Below are positions 30,640-39,280 of a stretch of DNA of 64,000 nt, one piece after another. A program made the translations under genes and the position numbers. The DNA comes from an uncultured Bacteroidia bacterium (GTDB lineage Bacteria > Bacteroidota > Bacteroidia > NS11-12g > UBA955), in NCBI GenBank assembly GCA_943788195.1, contig CALSPH010000002.1:393054-457053 (forward strand), read 5' to 3'. Position 1 is the first letter of the stretch, and each line of letters starts with the position of its first letter. The notes beneath the pieces are model-generated. The model did no database searches. It was not told where the DNA came from and saw nothing but the letters and a program-made list of their open reading frames with translations.

Positions 30640-30922
30640 CAAGTTTATTACATTTGCAACTAAAGTAAACATGAATACAGATACATTAAAACTAATTCTC
30701 GATAGTATGAGAAAAGAGATCAAGGATAGAAAAACCTATCTTGAATCTTTACGAAAACTAACTACAAAAAAAAGGTTCGAAGTAAATGACGTACTCTTAC
30801 ATCAAGAAATTGTTGGAATCGAAAAATATTTGGAAAATGAGCAATTGTCATTAGAAGAAAAAGAAGAACTTGAAACTATAAAATCTGAATTAACGAAAAT
30901 ATCAACCTCAAAAAACAAATAA
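30635..30922 (+). CDS. hypothetical small coiled-coil protein (cassette-borne)
   Basis: 95 aa ORF. Its stop is 1 nt before the start of the next gene. Confidence 0.35.
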   Translation: MGKFITFATKVNMNTDTLKLILDSMRKEIKDRKTYLESLRKLTTKKRFEVNDVLLHQEIVGIEKYLENEQLSLEEKEELETIKSELTKISTSKNK

Positions 30923-30923
30923 A

Positions 30924-32645
30924 ATGAAAAAGAAATTTTTATTAACTGCAATGATTACAACCTTATTCATAGGTAAATCATACTCTCAAACAAATTTAAT
31001 ACAACAAGACACAATGATTTATTGTGATCAAGATAGTGCAATCATTCAATTAAACAATTCTTATAATCTTGTGGCTTGGGAAAAAGTAGGTTCATCTGGA
31101 TTAGTTTTAAATAATCAATTGACAATACGCGAATCTGGCTTTTACTATGTCTTTGCGGCAGATTCCACCTTAGGTGACACTACAATATGTTTTAGCACTA
31201 CTGATGCTTCTATGTCTACTTTGGTAAATGTTCCTGTTGGTTATATTATTACTGATGTTATTGCAGGTTATTATGGTACTCCAATCGCAAATTGCAGTAA
31301 TCCGTTACCTGGTTCTTGTCATTTTGATGCGACAAATATTATTAGGAAAGGACTTGTTGGAAAAAAAAGCTTTCAATATTACCAAGGTTTTCATCCTGAC
31401 TTGTGCACAGGTGTAGTAAAATCATTATATGTTAAGTTACGGTGCATGAAATATATTCAAGATTCAATTTATGTTTCGTTAATAAAAAAACCATTGAATT
31501 ATACTCTAATTTCTGATACAATAATTTGTTCCAATAATAATGTTTCTTTAACATTACCTGCCTTAATATGTGACACTACTTTTATACCTGTCGATACGCT
31601 CAATCTATCTGTTACATCAAATAATGACGTCAATTCTATATCTACAAAATCTGGCAGGCTATACCAAATAAAAGTATCAAATGCTGTTTCCTACGGTGGA
31701 GGTTCGGGTAATCAGGCTGATGGAGCCTATACAAATATTACTGCTAGTCCACTTGAGAACATAACTTGGCGTATAAATGGAATGCAATTTGGTACACTTA
31801 CTGATTTTCGACCAATTCCAAATGGTTATAACCCTTCCCACGAATATTATTTTTACTTAATAGGAAATGGTGAACCGTTTGTTTTTCGTGCAAATGATTG
31901 TTGCTTGGGGGATAATTCAGGTCAATTTCAATTTATTATAAGCGAAGTGTTAATCAACCAACAATGCAACCTAAATTACATATGGTCTAATGGTAACATT
32001 GGTAATACCGTTAATTTAGCTCCTTCAAATATTCCTTACACACTGTCATTAAGCAATGGTAATAATACTTGCACGATAGATACTTTTAATGTTACTGCCC
32101 AAAACACAATTAACACACAACCACAAAATCAAATCGTAAACATTAATGCTAATGTATTTTTCTTAGCCACATCGTCTAACCTAAGCGCCAATTACCAATG
32201 GCAAACCGACCTTGGTGTAGGCTTTCAAAATTTAAATAATGTTGGGCAATATAGTGGAACTACTAACGATACACTAACGGTTTTAAATGTAATGATTAGC
32301 AATAACAATCAACCATTCCGTTGCATTGTTTCTTCTGGTTCATGTTCTGACACATCAAATGTTGCAGTTTTAACCGTGAATAATAATGTTGGCATAAATG
32401 AAACCTCACAAGACAAACTATTCTCAGTGTTTCCAAACCCTGCGCAAAGTGTAATTAATGTAAAGGCAGACAGCAAACTTATCGGGTCGGTTTATTCCAT
32501 TTATGATAACACAGGAAGAGTTGTATTATCAGGAAAGCTAAACGCTGAAAGCACAACAATTGAGTTAGATAATTTATCAGGTGGTATTTATATGATCAGT
32601 GTTGGAGAAAATATGAAGCAGGCATTTAAGGTAATAAAGGAGTAA
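30924..32645 (+). CDS. secreted protein with T9SS C-terminal sorting domain (cassette cargo)
   Basis: Signal peptide MKKKFLLTAMITTLFIGKSYSQ. C-terminal 75 aa (FPNPAQSVINVKAD...GGIYMISVGENMKQAFKVIKE) is a T9SS CTD and about 55% identical to the CTD of the 36060-37238 product. Confidence 0.55.
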   Translation: MKKKFLLTAMITTLFIGKSYSQTNLIQQDTMIYCDQDSAIIQLNNSYNLVAWEKVGSSGLVLNNQLTIRESGFYYVFAADSTLGDTTICFSTTDASMSTLVNVPVGYIITDVIAGYYGTPIANCSNPLPGSCHFDATNIIRKGLVGKKSFQYYQGFHPDLCTGVVKSLYVKLRCMKYIQDSIYVSLIKKPLNYTLISDTIICSNNNVSLTLPALICDTTFIPVDTLNLSVTSNNDVNSISTKSGRLYQIKVSNAVSYGGGSGNQADGAYTNITASPLENITWRINGMQFGTLTDFRPIPNGYNPSHEYYFYLIGNGEPFVFRANDCCLGDNSGQFQFIISEVLINQQCNLNYIWSNGNIGNTVNLAPSNIPYTLSLSNGNNTCTIDTFNVTAQNTINTQPQNQIVNINANVFFLATSSNLSANYQWQTDLGVGFQNLNNVGQYSGTTNDTLTVLNVMISNNNQPFRCIVSSGSCSDTSNVAVLTVNNNVGINETSQDKLFSVFPNPAQSVINVKADSKLIGSVYSIYDNTGRVVLSGKLNAESTTIELDNLSGGIYMISVGENMKQAFKVIKE

Positions 32646-32650
32646 GCCAG

Positions 32651-32784
32651 CCCTTAACAGCACCTAAAAGAAATTGGCGGAAATGTGCTCCGCAGAAAGA
32701 TTTGTGATGAAAGAAAAATTCTTCTCCACAAAAGCATCTCGGTTAAAACCCGCCAACTTCTTTTAGCTGCAAACCGTTATGGGT
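32651..32784 (+). repeat. attC-like imperfect palindrome B (134 bp)
   Basis: 5' CCCTTAACAGCACCTAAAAGAAATTGGCGG pairs with 3' CCGCCAACTTCTTTTAGCTGCAAACCGTTATGGG (21/23 complementary). Termini AAC/GTT. Begins 6 nt after the stop codon. Confidence 0.5.
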
Positions 32785-32935
32785 AATATTAATAAACAAG
32801 ATTAAGACAAAATCCACTGAATCAAACTGACTAATAAAAGAATGGTCATAGAATAGTTCAAAAAATAATATCGGGTCAGAATAAGCCGAACAAGACCAAA
32901 AAATTTGAAGTAGGCAAAACTTAAATTATAATGAG

Positions 32936-33343
32936 ATGAAAAAAAATATTTTCCTAAGTCTTCTTTTAGTAACACTTTTTGGTTTCTCCGCAATGTCGCA
33001 GTCAATTATTGTAAAAGATGGAAATTATAATATCCAATTGCGTATTGACGGTGATATTGTGAAAAATAATAATTATGATATTATTGGCCGAATTGACGGT
33101 AGCATAATTAAAGACGGTAATTATAATATTATTTGCCGAATTGACGGGAACACAATTAAAGATGGTAATTATAATATTATTGGCCGAATTGACGGGAACA
33201 CAATTAAAGATGGTAATTATAATATTGTTGGCCGAATTGACGGGAACATAATTAAAGATGGCAATTATAATATTGTTGGCCGAATTGACGGTTCACCAAG
33301 AAGTAAACAAATGATTTCAATTCTGTATTTTCTTGTATTGTGA
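32936..33343 (+). CDS. small secreted protein made of six 16-aa tandem repeats (KDGNYNIIGRIDGNxI)
   Basis: Signal peptide plus six in-frame 48-bp DNA tandem repeats (33014-33301) with a few substitutions each. Confidence 0.5.
   Translation: MKKNIFLSLLLVTLFGFSAMSQSIIVKDGNYNIQLRIDGDIVKNNNYDIIGRIDGSIIKDGNYNIICRIDGNTIKDGNYNIIGRIDGNTIKDGNYNIVGRIDGNIIKDGNYNIVGRIDGSPRSKQMISILYFLVL
33014..33301 (+). repeat. 48-bp coding tandem repeat x6
   Basis: aaagatggtaattataatattattggccgaattgacgggaacacaatt and five close variants, head to tail. Confidence 0.8.
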
Positions 33344-33448
33344 TATTTTGTACCATATACATTAGAGAAAAATGGAATTATTGGAAATGCTTGGAAGTTA
33401 AATAAATGACACCGTTATTATTTTGACTACTACTCCGATAAATAAAAA

Positions 33449-33510
33449 CCCATAACACAGTGTATAGTGCATACCCTTCGGGATACGCACCATACACAAA
33501 ACGTTGTGTT
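33449..33510 (+). repeat. attC-like imperfect palindrome C (62 bp)
   Basis: CCCATAACACAGTGTATAGTGC ... GCACCATACACAAAACGTTGTGTT. Inner stem GTGTATAGTGC/GCACcATACAC and a central CCC-TTCG-GGG tetraloop hairpin. Confidence 0.45.
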
Positions 33511-33515
33511 TAATT

Positions 33516-34193
33516 ATGAGAATTACTTTTTCCATATTTACCATTCTAATTTGCTCAAACTTATTTGGGCAAAGCATACTTCTGGATACCAATATTGTTG
33601 GTGCATTAAACGAGGTAAATAGAATAAGGCATATCGCAGGATTGGATAGTGTGTCTCTTTCAAAAGAATTAAGTAAAGGCTGTTCCCTTCATGCAAAATA
33701 CCTTGCGATTAATAAAGGGAACCCCAAAATACAAGGTCTTAATGCTCATAAAGAATATAAATCATTAAAAGGAGCTACGCTTGAAGGAATGAAGGCAGGT
33801 AAAAACTCTGTCATCAATTATATTATGCCAAAAGAGTCAGTAGCTGGTTGGGAAGCTACTTTTTATCATAGAATCCCATTATTACAACCAAAATTAAAAG
33901 AAATAGGAATCGGCTATTTTATCCCTAACAATTCTTACCCTATCAGCCTAGTTGAATGTATAACTGGAGCAACAGGAACCGACACGACTTCAATAGTCTA
34001 CTACCCTGCAAAGGAACAGCAAGATGTTCCAACAGCTATGGGAGCAGAAATTCCACACCCAATGGGAAGTCAAGGAGATTATGGTTACCCAATTACAATT
34101 TATTTTTGCAAATGGCAGGAAATCAAAAATGTAACATTAAGACTGAATAAATCAGACACACTTATTGATTGCAATATATCAACACCAGAATAA
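33516..34193 (+). CDS. CAP/SCP-domain secreted protein; the frame continues in another frame to 34362
   Basis: Signal peptide MRITFSIFTILICSNLFGQ and CAP-domain core (GCSLHAKYLA...NAHKE...AGWEATFYHRIP). The ATG at 33516 is preferred over the TTG at 33504. An overlapping 65-aa ORF (34165-34362) is in another frame. Confidence 0.6.
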   Translation: MRITFSIFTILICSNLFGQSILLDTNIVGALNEVNRIRHIAGLDSVSLSKELSKGCSLHAKYLAINKGNPKIQGLNAHKEYKSLKGATLEGMKAGKNSVINYIMPKESVAGWEATFYHRIPLLQPKLKEIGIGYFIPNNSYPISLVECITGATGTDTTSIVYYPAKEQQDVPTAMGAEIPHPMGSQGDYGYPITIYFCKWQEIKNVTLRLNKSDTLIDCNISTPE

Positions 34194-34535
34194 ACCAGCA
34201 ACAAACTTTCCCCAATGGAACACAATATGTGCCATACCTAAAAAGCCTTTAGAACCGAATACTGTTTACAAAATTTCATTTAGCTGTACAATAAATGGAG
34301 TACTTCATCGAGAAGAATATCAATTTAAAACTAAACACAACGGGTTAGTATATGAAAAGTAGGCGATTTCTAAACACAAAACTTTCAGTTAAGCACAAAG
34401 TTTGATATGAGCCAAAAGCCTTGAATTTACTACTATTCCGCCTATTTTTTATATACATTGTTACCAAACGTGTTTTTTAAATGAGCTCGATTAAACTTTT
34501 ACAATTAAGGTAAATGGTTAAATCTGTCCTATTCT

Positions 34536-35864
34536 TTAAAATGATATCTGTGCTCCTAAAACAATTCCCATGCTATTGGCATCTCTATCACTATGAGTGG
34601 TGCCAGGAGGGAATGGATCAAAGTCAGCACTTCCACTTATAAAATTTAATGGAGCAAAACCTTCAGTTCTGAATATTTCAACAAATAGTTTTGCTGATTT
34701 ATTCATTAAGGCTTGATATCCTAGAACATACTGGTTTTGTCTTTCCCAGGGAGCCCCATTTGGTCCAGCTATAAAATTTGAAAATTCTCCAGAAAGTGTA
34801 TGTTTGATTTTACCTACTTTATTTAAATCATATTTTGCACCAAGACTCAATGAACTAACTTTAGAGGCTTCAAATATATTTAGTGGTGGTGTTGGATTAA
34901 ATGTACCTTCCCATTCATCAAAAGTTTTTGCAAATGAAGCCATTACGATAAGACGATTATTTACATCTAATGTACCGTATACAGTATACTCAGGATTGTT
35001 TTCTTCACAAGGTGTAAAATGAAAAACAGGAAAGCCTTGGCAATATGCACCTCCTTTTTTATATGATGCACCAGCTTTTAAATTTACTTTATCAGAAATA
35101 ACTAATTTATAGTTTAAATCTGCAACAAGATTGTTAAGTTTTGAAGGCACAGCAGTTGCATTCCCAACAGGTACATGTAATGCTCTAAATTGAGCACCTC
35201 CTTGAGCCAACATGATTTTAGCATGAAGCCCTCCTTTATTATATCCAATCTGGGCACCGTAACCTAGACCACCGAATGCATGCCACATAGTTGAATTAGT
35301 AAATGGGTTTACAGTTCCCATTTGTCCGAATGGAGCATCCATTTTTCCCACAGCACTGTAAAATGGTGATTTATTCAAGTTTCCAAAAACTACAAACGCT
35401 TTCCTTAATTGAATTTGATTTCTATTTAGATTTGTAATAGTACCTGAGCCAAAACTTTGTTCAGGGTTATATAATAATTCAGCATAGGAAGTTATCCAAC
35501 TATTAATGGTAGCTGTGACTGATAACTGAAAAGAATGAATCACGGCCTCACTTACATCTTTTCCAATCTGATTATTTGCAGTTGGATGCCTCATAAGATA
35601 ACCAAATTTTGAGTCTGTATTAGAATGCTGGTAATCAACAATAGAAATTAATGAAGTACCAATAATTAAATTGTTATTTTTAATAAGTTCATTTTTCTTT
35701 GAATTGAGAAGTATTTCTACTTTTCTTAAATTTTGGTTTTGATCTAGCATTTTGTAACTAAACTCAGGGTTGATTCCAATTCTTTTAATAGCGGTTGTGT
35801 CGATTTGAGCTAATGCGTAATTCCCTATCAGAAGTAGGGTTAGGAGGAAGAATATTTTTTTCAT
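34536..35864 (-). CDS. outer-membrane beta-barrel (porin-like) protein
   Basis: Signal peptide, alternating amphipathic strands rich in G, Y and N, and a C-terminal ...GAQISF with terminal Phe. Confidence 0.45.
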   Translation of the reverse strand: MKKIFFLLTLLLIGNYALAQIDTTAIKRIGINPEFSYKMLDQNQNLRKVEILLNSKKNELIKNNNLIIGTSLISIVDYQHSNTDSKFGYLMRHPTANNQIGKDVSEAVIHSFQLSVTATINSWITSYAELLYNPEQSFGSGTITNLNRNQIQLRKAFVVFGNLNKSPFYSAVGKMDAPFGQMGTVNPFTNSTMWHAFGGLGYGAQIGYNKGGLHAKIMLAQGGAQFRALHVPVGNATAVPSKLNNLVADLNYKLVISDKVNLKAGASYKKGGAYCQGFPVFHFTPCEENNPEYTVYGTLDVNNRLIVMASFAKTFDEWEGTFNPTPPLNIFEASKVSSLSLGAKYDLNKVGKIKHTLSGEFSNFIAGPNGAPWERQNQYVLGYQALMNKSAKLFVEIFRTEGFAPLNFISGSADFDPFPPGTTHSDRDANSMGIVLGAQISF

Positions 35865-35918
35865 ATTTTAAAGTATTTAAGTTTTATTTGTTTCAGTTAA
35901 TTTATGTTTGGTAACAAA

Positions 35919-35981
35919 GGCTAAAATACATAACCTAACCTACCAAACCAATTTTACGTATTTTAGCCAGAACGTTATGGG
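35919..35981 (+). repeat. attC-like imperfect palindrome E
   Basis: GGCTAAAATAC / GTATTTTAGCC perfect 11-bp stem. ACATAAC ... AACGTTATGGGCAAG termini shared with other copies. Confidence 0.4.
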
Positions 35982-36059
35982 CAAGTTTGAAAAATCACAA
36001 ACTAAATTATACTATTTGATAGGGAATTAGACTTAAAAAAACTTAATAATATATCTAAA

Positions 36060-37238
36060 ATGAAAAAAATAACATTACAATTTCTTTTATTCTGTTGCTT
36101 AAGCGTTTCAGCTTATGGCCAATGGCAACCATCTGCAGGAACGGCTGGATTAAATATGCAGTCATTATTAACAAATGGCATCTACAATTTTGCAGGAGGA
36201 CAAACGGGAGCTTACCTTTCCACTGATAGTGCCGCAAATTATTCATTATCAAATACCGGAAATGACAATATTGGTCCTACAAGAGGTTTTACAAAGGATA
36301 ACAATTATATCTATACTTGCACAAGTCAAGGTGCTTTTAGAAGCTCTGACAATGGAGCAACTTGGGTTTCTAAAAGTGTTGGATTAACCAATTTACTAGG
36401 AGGCGGAATTTTAAATGCAGGCACAAGATTGTTTTATGTAGGACCAACTGGTGTTTTTATGTCAACGAACCAAGGAGATAATTGGAGTGCAGCAGGTTTA
36501 TCAACAACAGATGTAAGATGCATTACAGCAATAAATGACACATTATTTGTTGGAACAAATGGCGCTGGTATTTATAAAAGTATTGATTGGGGAGCTAACT
36601 GGATTCCAATTAATAATGGCTTAGGCGGTTCTACAAATTTTAGAGCCATAGAAAGCAAAGGAAACATACTTTTCGCTGGTGGACAAATAGGAACAGGCGT
36701 TTATCGCTCCACAGATTTTGGTGCAAATTGGACATTATTAGGAGGAGGGCTTGCATCAGGATCTTATAGGGGATTTGCCAGCAACTCACAGTTAATTGTT
36801 GCTGGCTCTTTTGGCGCAGGTGTTTTTTACTCAACAGATAATGGCAATAATTGGACAGCAATCAATACTGGTTTAACTGATTTGACTATTTTTGATTTAG
36901 AACTTAACGACAATTACATAATTGCAGCTACTAATACTCAAGGGGTATTTCGTTTTGCGCTTTCTAATCTGAATTTATCTACCGACATATCTGATTTTGA
37001 TTTAAAAAATGCAATTTCTCTTTTTCCTAATCCAACCACAAATCAAATCAATGTAAAATCCGATTGTAAAATTATTGGAACGGCATATACTATCTATGAC
37101 AATTTAGGTAAAGCCATTTTATCAGGATTAATAAATTATGAGAATGCTATTATAGAAATGGGGCATTTAACTGGTGGCATTTATACGTTGAGTATTGGAG
37201 AAAATAAGAAACAAGTGTTCAAAATAATTAAACAATAA
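36060..37238 (+). CDS. BNR/Asp-box repeat protein with T9SS C-terminal sorting domain (cassette cargo)
   Basis: Signal peptide. Repeated SxDxGxxW Asp-box motifs (SDNGATW, TNQGDNW, SIDWGANW, STDFGANW, STDNGNNW). CTD paralogous to that of the 30924-32645 product. Confidence 0.6.
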   Translation: MKKITLQFLLFCCLSVSAYGQWQPSAGTAGLNMQSLLTNGIYNFAGGQTGAYLSTDSAANYSLSNTGNDNIGPTRGFTKDNNYIYTCTSQGAFRSSDNGATWVSKSVGLTNLLGGGILNAGTRLFYVGPTGVFMSTNQGDNWSAAGLSTTDVRCITAINDTLFVGTNGAGIYKSIDWGANWIPINNGLGGSTNFRAIESKGNILFAGGQIGTGVYRSTDFGANWTLLGGGLASGSYRGFASNSQLIVAGSFGAGVFYSTDNGNNWTAINTGLTDLTIFDLELNDNYIIAATNTQGVFRFALSNLNLSTDISDFDLKNAISLFPNPTTNQINVKSDCKIIGTAYTIYDNLGKAILSGLINYENAIIEMGHLTGGIYTLSIGENKKQVFKIIKQ

Positions 37239-37244
37239 AACCAG

Positions 37245-37322
37245 CCCATAACAGCGTGTAAGCAATATTGCCTTGCCGCGGGCGCAACACAAGGAAAAAT
37301 CGCCTACACGCAAAACGTTAGC
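37245..37322 (+). repeat. attC-like imperfect palindrome F
   Basis: CCAGCCCATAACAGCGTGTAAGC ... GCCTACACGCAAAACGTTAGCG. Its first 15 nt (CCAGCCCWTAACAGC) are shared with copy B. Confidence 0.5.
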
Positions 37323-37341
37323 GTTAATAAAATCAAAATAA

Positions 37342-38211
37342 ATGAATAAGATGACGAAAATAATTTTAAGTGCGATGATGGTTTTTACTATGACTATTGC
37401 AAATGCACAAAGTAAGAAGGAACAGATTGAAAATCTAACTTTTTCATTAGATAGCTTGAATCAATTAGTAGCTGTCGAACGGCAAAACTTCATCACTACT
37501 TTAGATAGCTTGAATCAACTTCTTAGTAAGAACAAACAAGATTTTGAATTAGAGATGGACAAATCTAGTATCACAATCGAGAACCTCAATTCTCAATTAA
37601 TTAGATTGTATTCGATAAATGATTCAATAAACATTGAACTCATAACTAAGGATCAAAAAATAGACTCACTAACACTAAAGAACTTGAGGCTTTTAGCAGA
37701 TATAGATTCGTTAAGTAACCCTAAAATTGACAAAGAGAATAATTGGATTTTAATCGAAAGTAATCTTAAATGGATAGAGAAAGATTATAGTACAACAATA
37801 CAATGGCTTAATAATAATATTTTTGATGAAGGCTCAGAAATTCAAACAACTCGCCAAGACATTTACACCCCCACCTGCTATTCATATGTAATGGATGCTA
37901 TGGACTATTATTGGGGCTATCCTGGTAGTATAGAAGAAGACGAATTTAAATCAAAATGGAATTCAATGTTTGATTTGAAGTACTCGTCTTTCGGTCACGC
38001 ATTCCAAAATGGAAATTGTGGTTGGGCATCATTTAAATTGGAAAACATAGAGTTCCTAGGGTCTCTAAATGACGGGGATTGGTGTAAATTAACAATTTTA
38101 GGAGGATGTGGTGAAAATGATTATTCACAAACGCTTGTAAGAGTAGTAAAAATAATAGAAGAAAACGGCTCTTTTAGAATCGCAAATTTTATATCACTAA
38201 GAGATGAATAA
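37342..38211 (+). CDS. hypothetical secreted protein (N-terminal coiled coil with duplicated LDSLNQL segment, Cys/Trp-rich C-terminal domain)
   Basis: Signal peptide MTKIILSAMMVFTMTIANAQ. No family recognised. Confidence 0.4.
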   Translation: MNKMTKIILSAMMVFTMTIANAQSKKEQIENLTFSLDSLNQLVAVERQNFITTLDSLNQLLSKNKQDFELEMDKSSITIENLNSQLIRLYSINDSINIELITKDQKIDSLTLKNLRLLADIDSLSNPKIDKENNWILIESNLKWIEKDYSTTIQWLNNNIFDEGSEIQTTRQDIYTPTCYSYVMDAMDYYWGYPGSIEEDEFKSKWNSMFDLKYSSFGHAFQNGNCGWASFKLENIEFLGSLNDGDWCKLTILGGCGENDYSQTLVRVVKIIEENGSFRIANFISLRDE

Positions 38212-38264
38212 CGCTAACAACACCTAAACTGCATTAAAACGCAGTTTAGCCTAAACGTTATGGG
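38207..38264 (+). repeat. attC-like imperfect palindrome G (58 bp)
   Basis: AATAACGCTAACAACACCTAAACTGC-ATTAAAAC-GCAGTTTAGCCTAAACGTTATGGG. Perfect 9-bp inner stem. Overlaps the stop codon of the upstream gene. Near-identical to copy I. Confidence 0.5.
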
Positions 38265-38374
38265 TAAGTTGAAAACATATTGCGGTCAAAGAGATCATCT
38301 AAAACATAATGGTTCATCCAAAATATTTGTAAAACTCTTTTTATATTTGAAAATAAAATTATAAAAAACCCAAC

Positions 38375-38443
38375 CCATAACAATTTGTATAGCGCATATG
38401 CTCCCTGCGGGATGCAAACGCATCATACTAGGACCGTTATGGG
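38375..38443 (+). repeat. attC-like imperfect palindrome H (69 bp), apparently ORF-less cassette
   Basis: CCCATAACAATTTGTATAGCGCAT...TGCTCCC-TGCG-GGATGCA...GGACCGTTATGGG. Only 110 bp separates it from copy G, with no plausible ORF between them. Confidence 0.45.
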
Positions 38444-38557
38444 CAATTAAAAAGAATAATTGTAAATCTAGATAATGTGGAGTCCAGAACCCACAAAAAT
38501 AAACGGGGCGATACTGAAATGCCTTATGATTAGGAACAAAATTTAAATAAAATAATT

Positions 38558-39157
38558 ATGAAAAAAGTAATGACAATTTTTGGAGCAATTCTATTTGCTT
38601 CAATAAACTTAACAAGTTGCGGGAGCGATTCAAAGTCGAAATCTGTTGAAAAGACAAATGAGGAATCTGCTGCAATAACTGAAGATACAAATCAGAAATC
38701 TACTGCAATTATTGAAGATATTGTAAATGACGATAATACTGAATATTACATAATTGAAGACCCAGACGGTTATTCTAATTTAAGAGAAGTGCCAAGTGGT
38801 AATGTTATAAGAAAAGTATATAGCAGTGAGAAGTTTGAGATAATAGGTGAGGAAAATAAATATAAAAAAGTGCAGTTCCCTGACGCCTCAACCGGCTATA
38901 TCCACAACTCAAGAGTTGTTAACTTTAATGTCAAGGTTTGCGAATGTCTCCATTCAGCTGATGAAATGATAAATAAAGATTTAGATAAAGACTTCAGTAC
39001 TGGTTCAGAAACAGGTTTTTCAGACAACTGGAAGCCATCATACACAGAAAGACTTGTTGAAATTTTTAGATATAATCAATGCCCAAAGGGCTGTGATTTT
39101 CTGGGTGATCATGATGTAATAGATTTTCAAAGTGAAATTCAACGTTGCTCAGAGTAG
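38558..39157 (+). CDS. lipoprotein with SH3b-like domain
   Basis: Lipobox INLTSC. Bacterial SH3-like segment DPDGYSNLREVPSGNVIRKVYSSEKFEI...YKKVQF...GYIHNSRV. Confidence 0.4.
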   Translation: MKKVMTIFGAILFASINLTSCGSDSKSKSVEKTNEESAAITEDTNQKSTAIIEDIVNDDNTEYYIIEDPDGYSNLREVPSGNVIRKVYSSEKFEIIGEENKYKKVQFPDASTGYIHNSRVVNFNVKVCECLHSADEMINKDLDKDFSTGSETGFSDNWKPSYTERLVEIFRYNQCPKGCDFLGDHDVIDFQSEIQRCSE

Positions 39158-39202
39158 TTTAACGTTTTATATCAGGAAGTTTTAATAAAAATTAAACTTT
39201 CA

Positions 39203-39257
39203 CATAACAACACCTAAACTGCATTAAAACGCAGCTTAGCTAAAACCGTTGTAAACC
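39203..39257 (+). repeat. attC-like imperfect palindrome I (paralog of G)
   Basis: CATAACAACACCTAAACTGCATTAAAACGCAGCTTAGCTAAAACCGTTGTAAACC, about 90% identical to copy G. Confidence 0.5.
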
Positions 39258-39280
39258 AATTAAAAATCAAATTATAAATA

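Noticed and set aside
33014-33301. Possible CRISPR array, from regularly spaced 48-bp repeats
   Set aside because: The repeats are contiguous with no spacers, lie in one reading frame inside an ORF with a signal peptide, and no cas genes are present. They are a coding tandem repeat.
32651-39257. Interpreting the gene-3' palindromes as ordinary rho-independent terminators
   Set aside because: They lack a 3' T-tract and are much longer than terminators (53-135 bp). They share conserved AAC/GTT terminal cores across copies. The genuine terminators elsewhere in the window, such as 27566-27597 and 13549-13580, look different.
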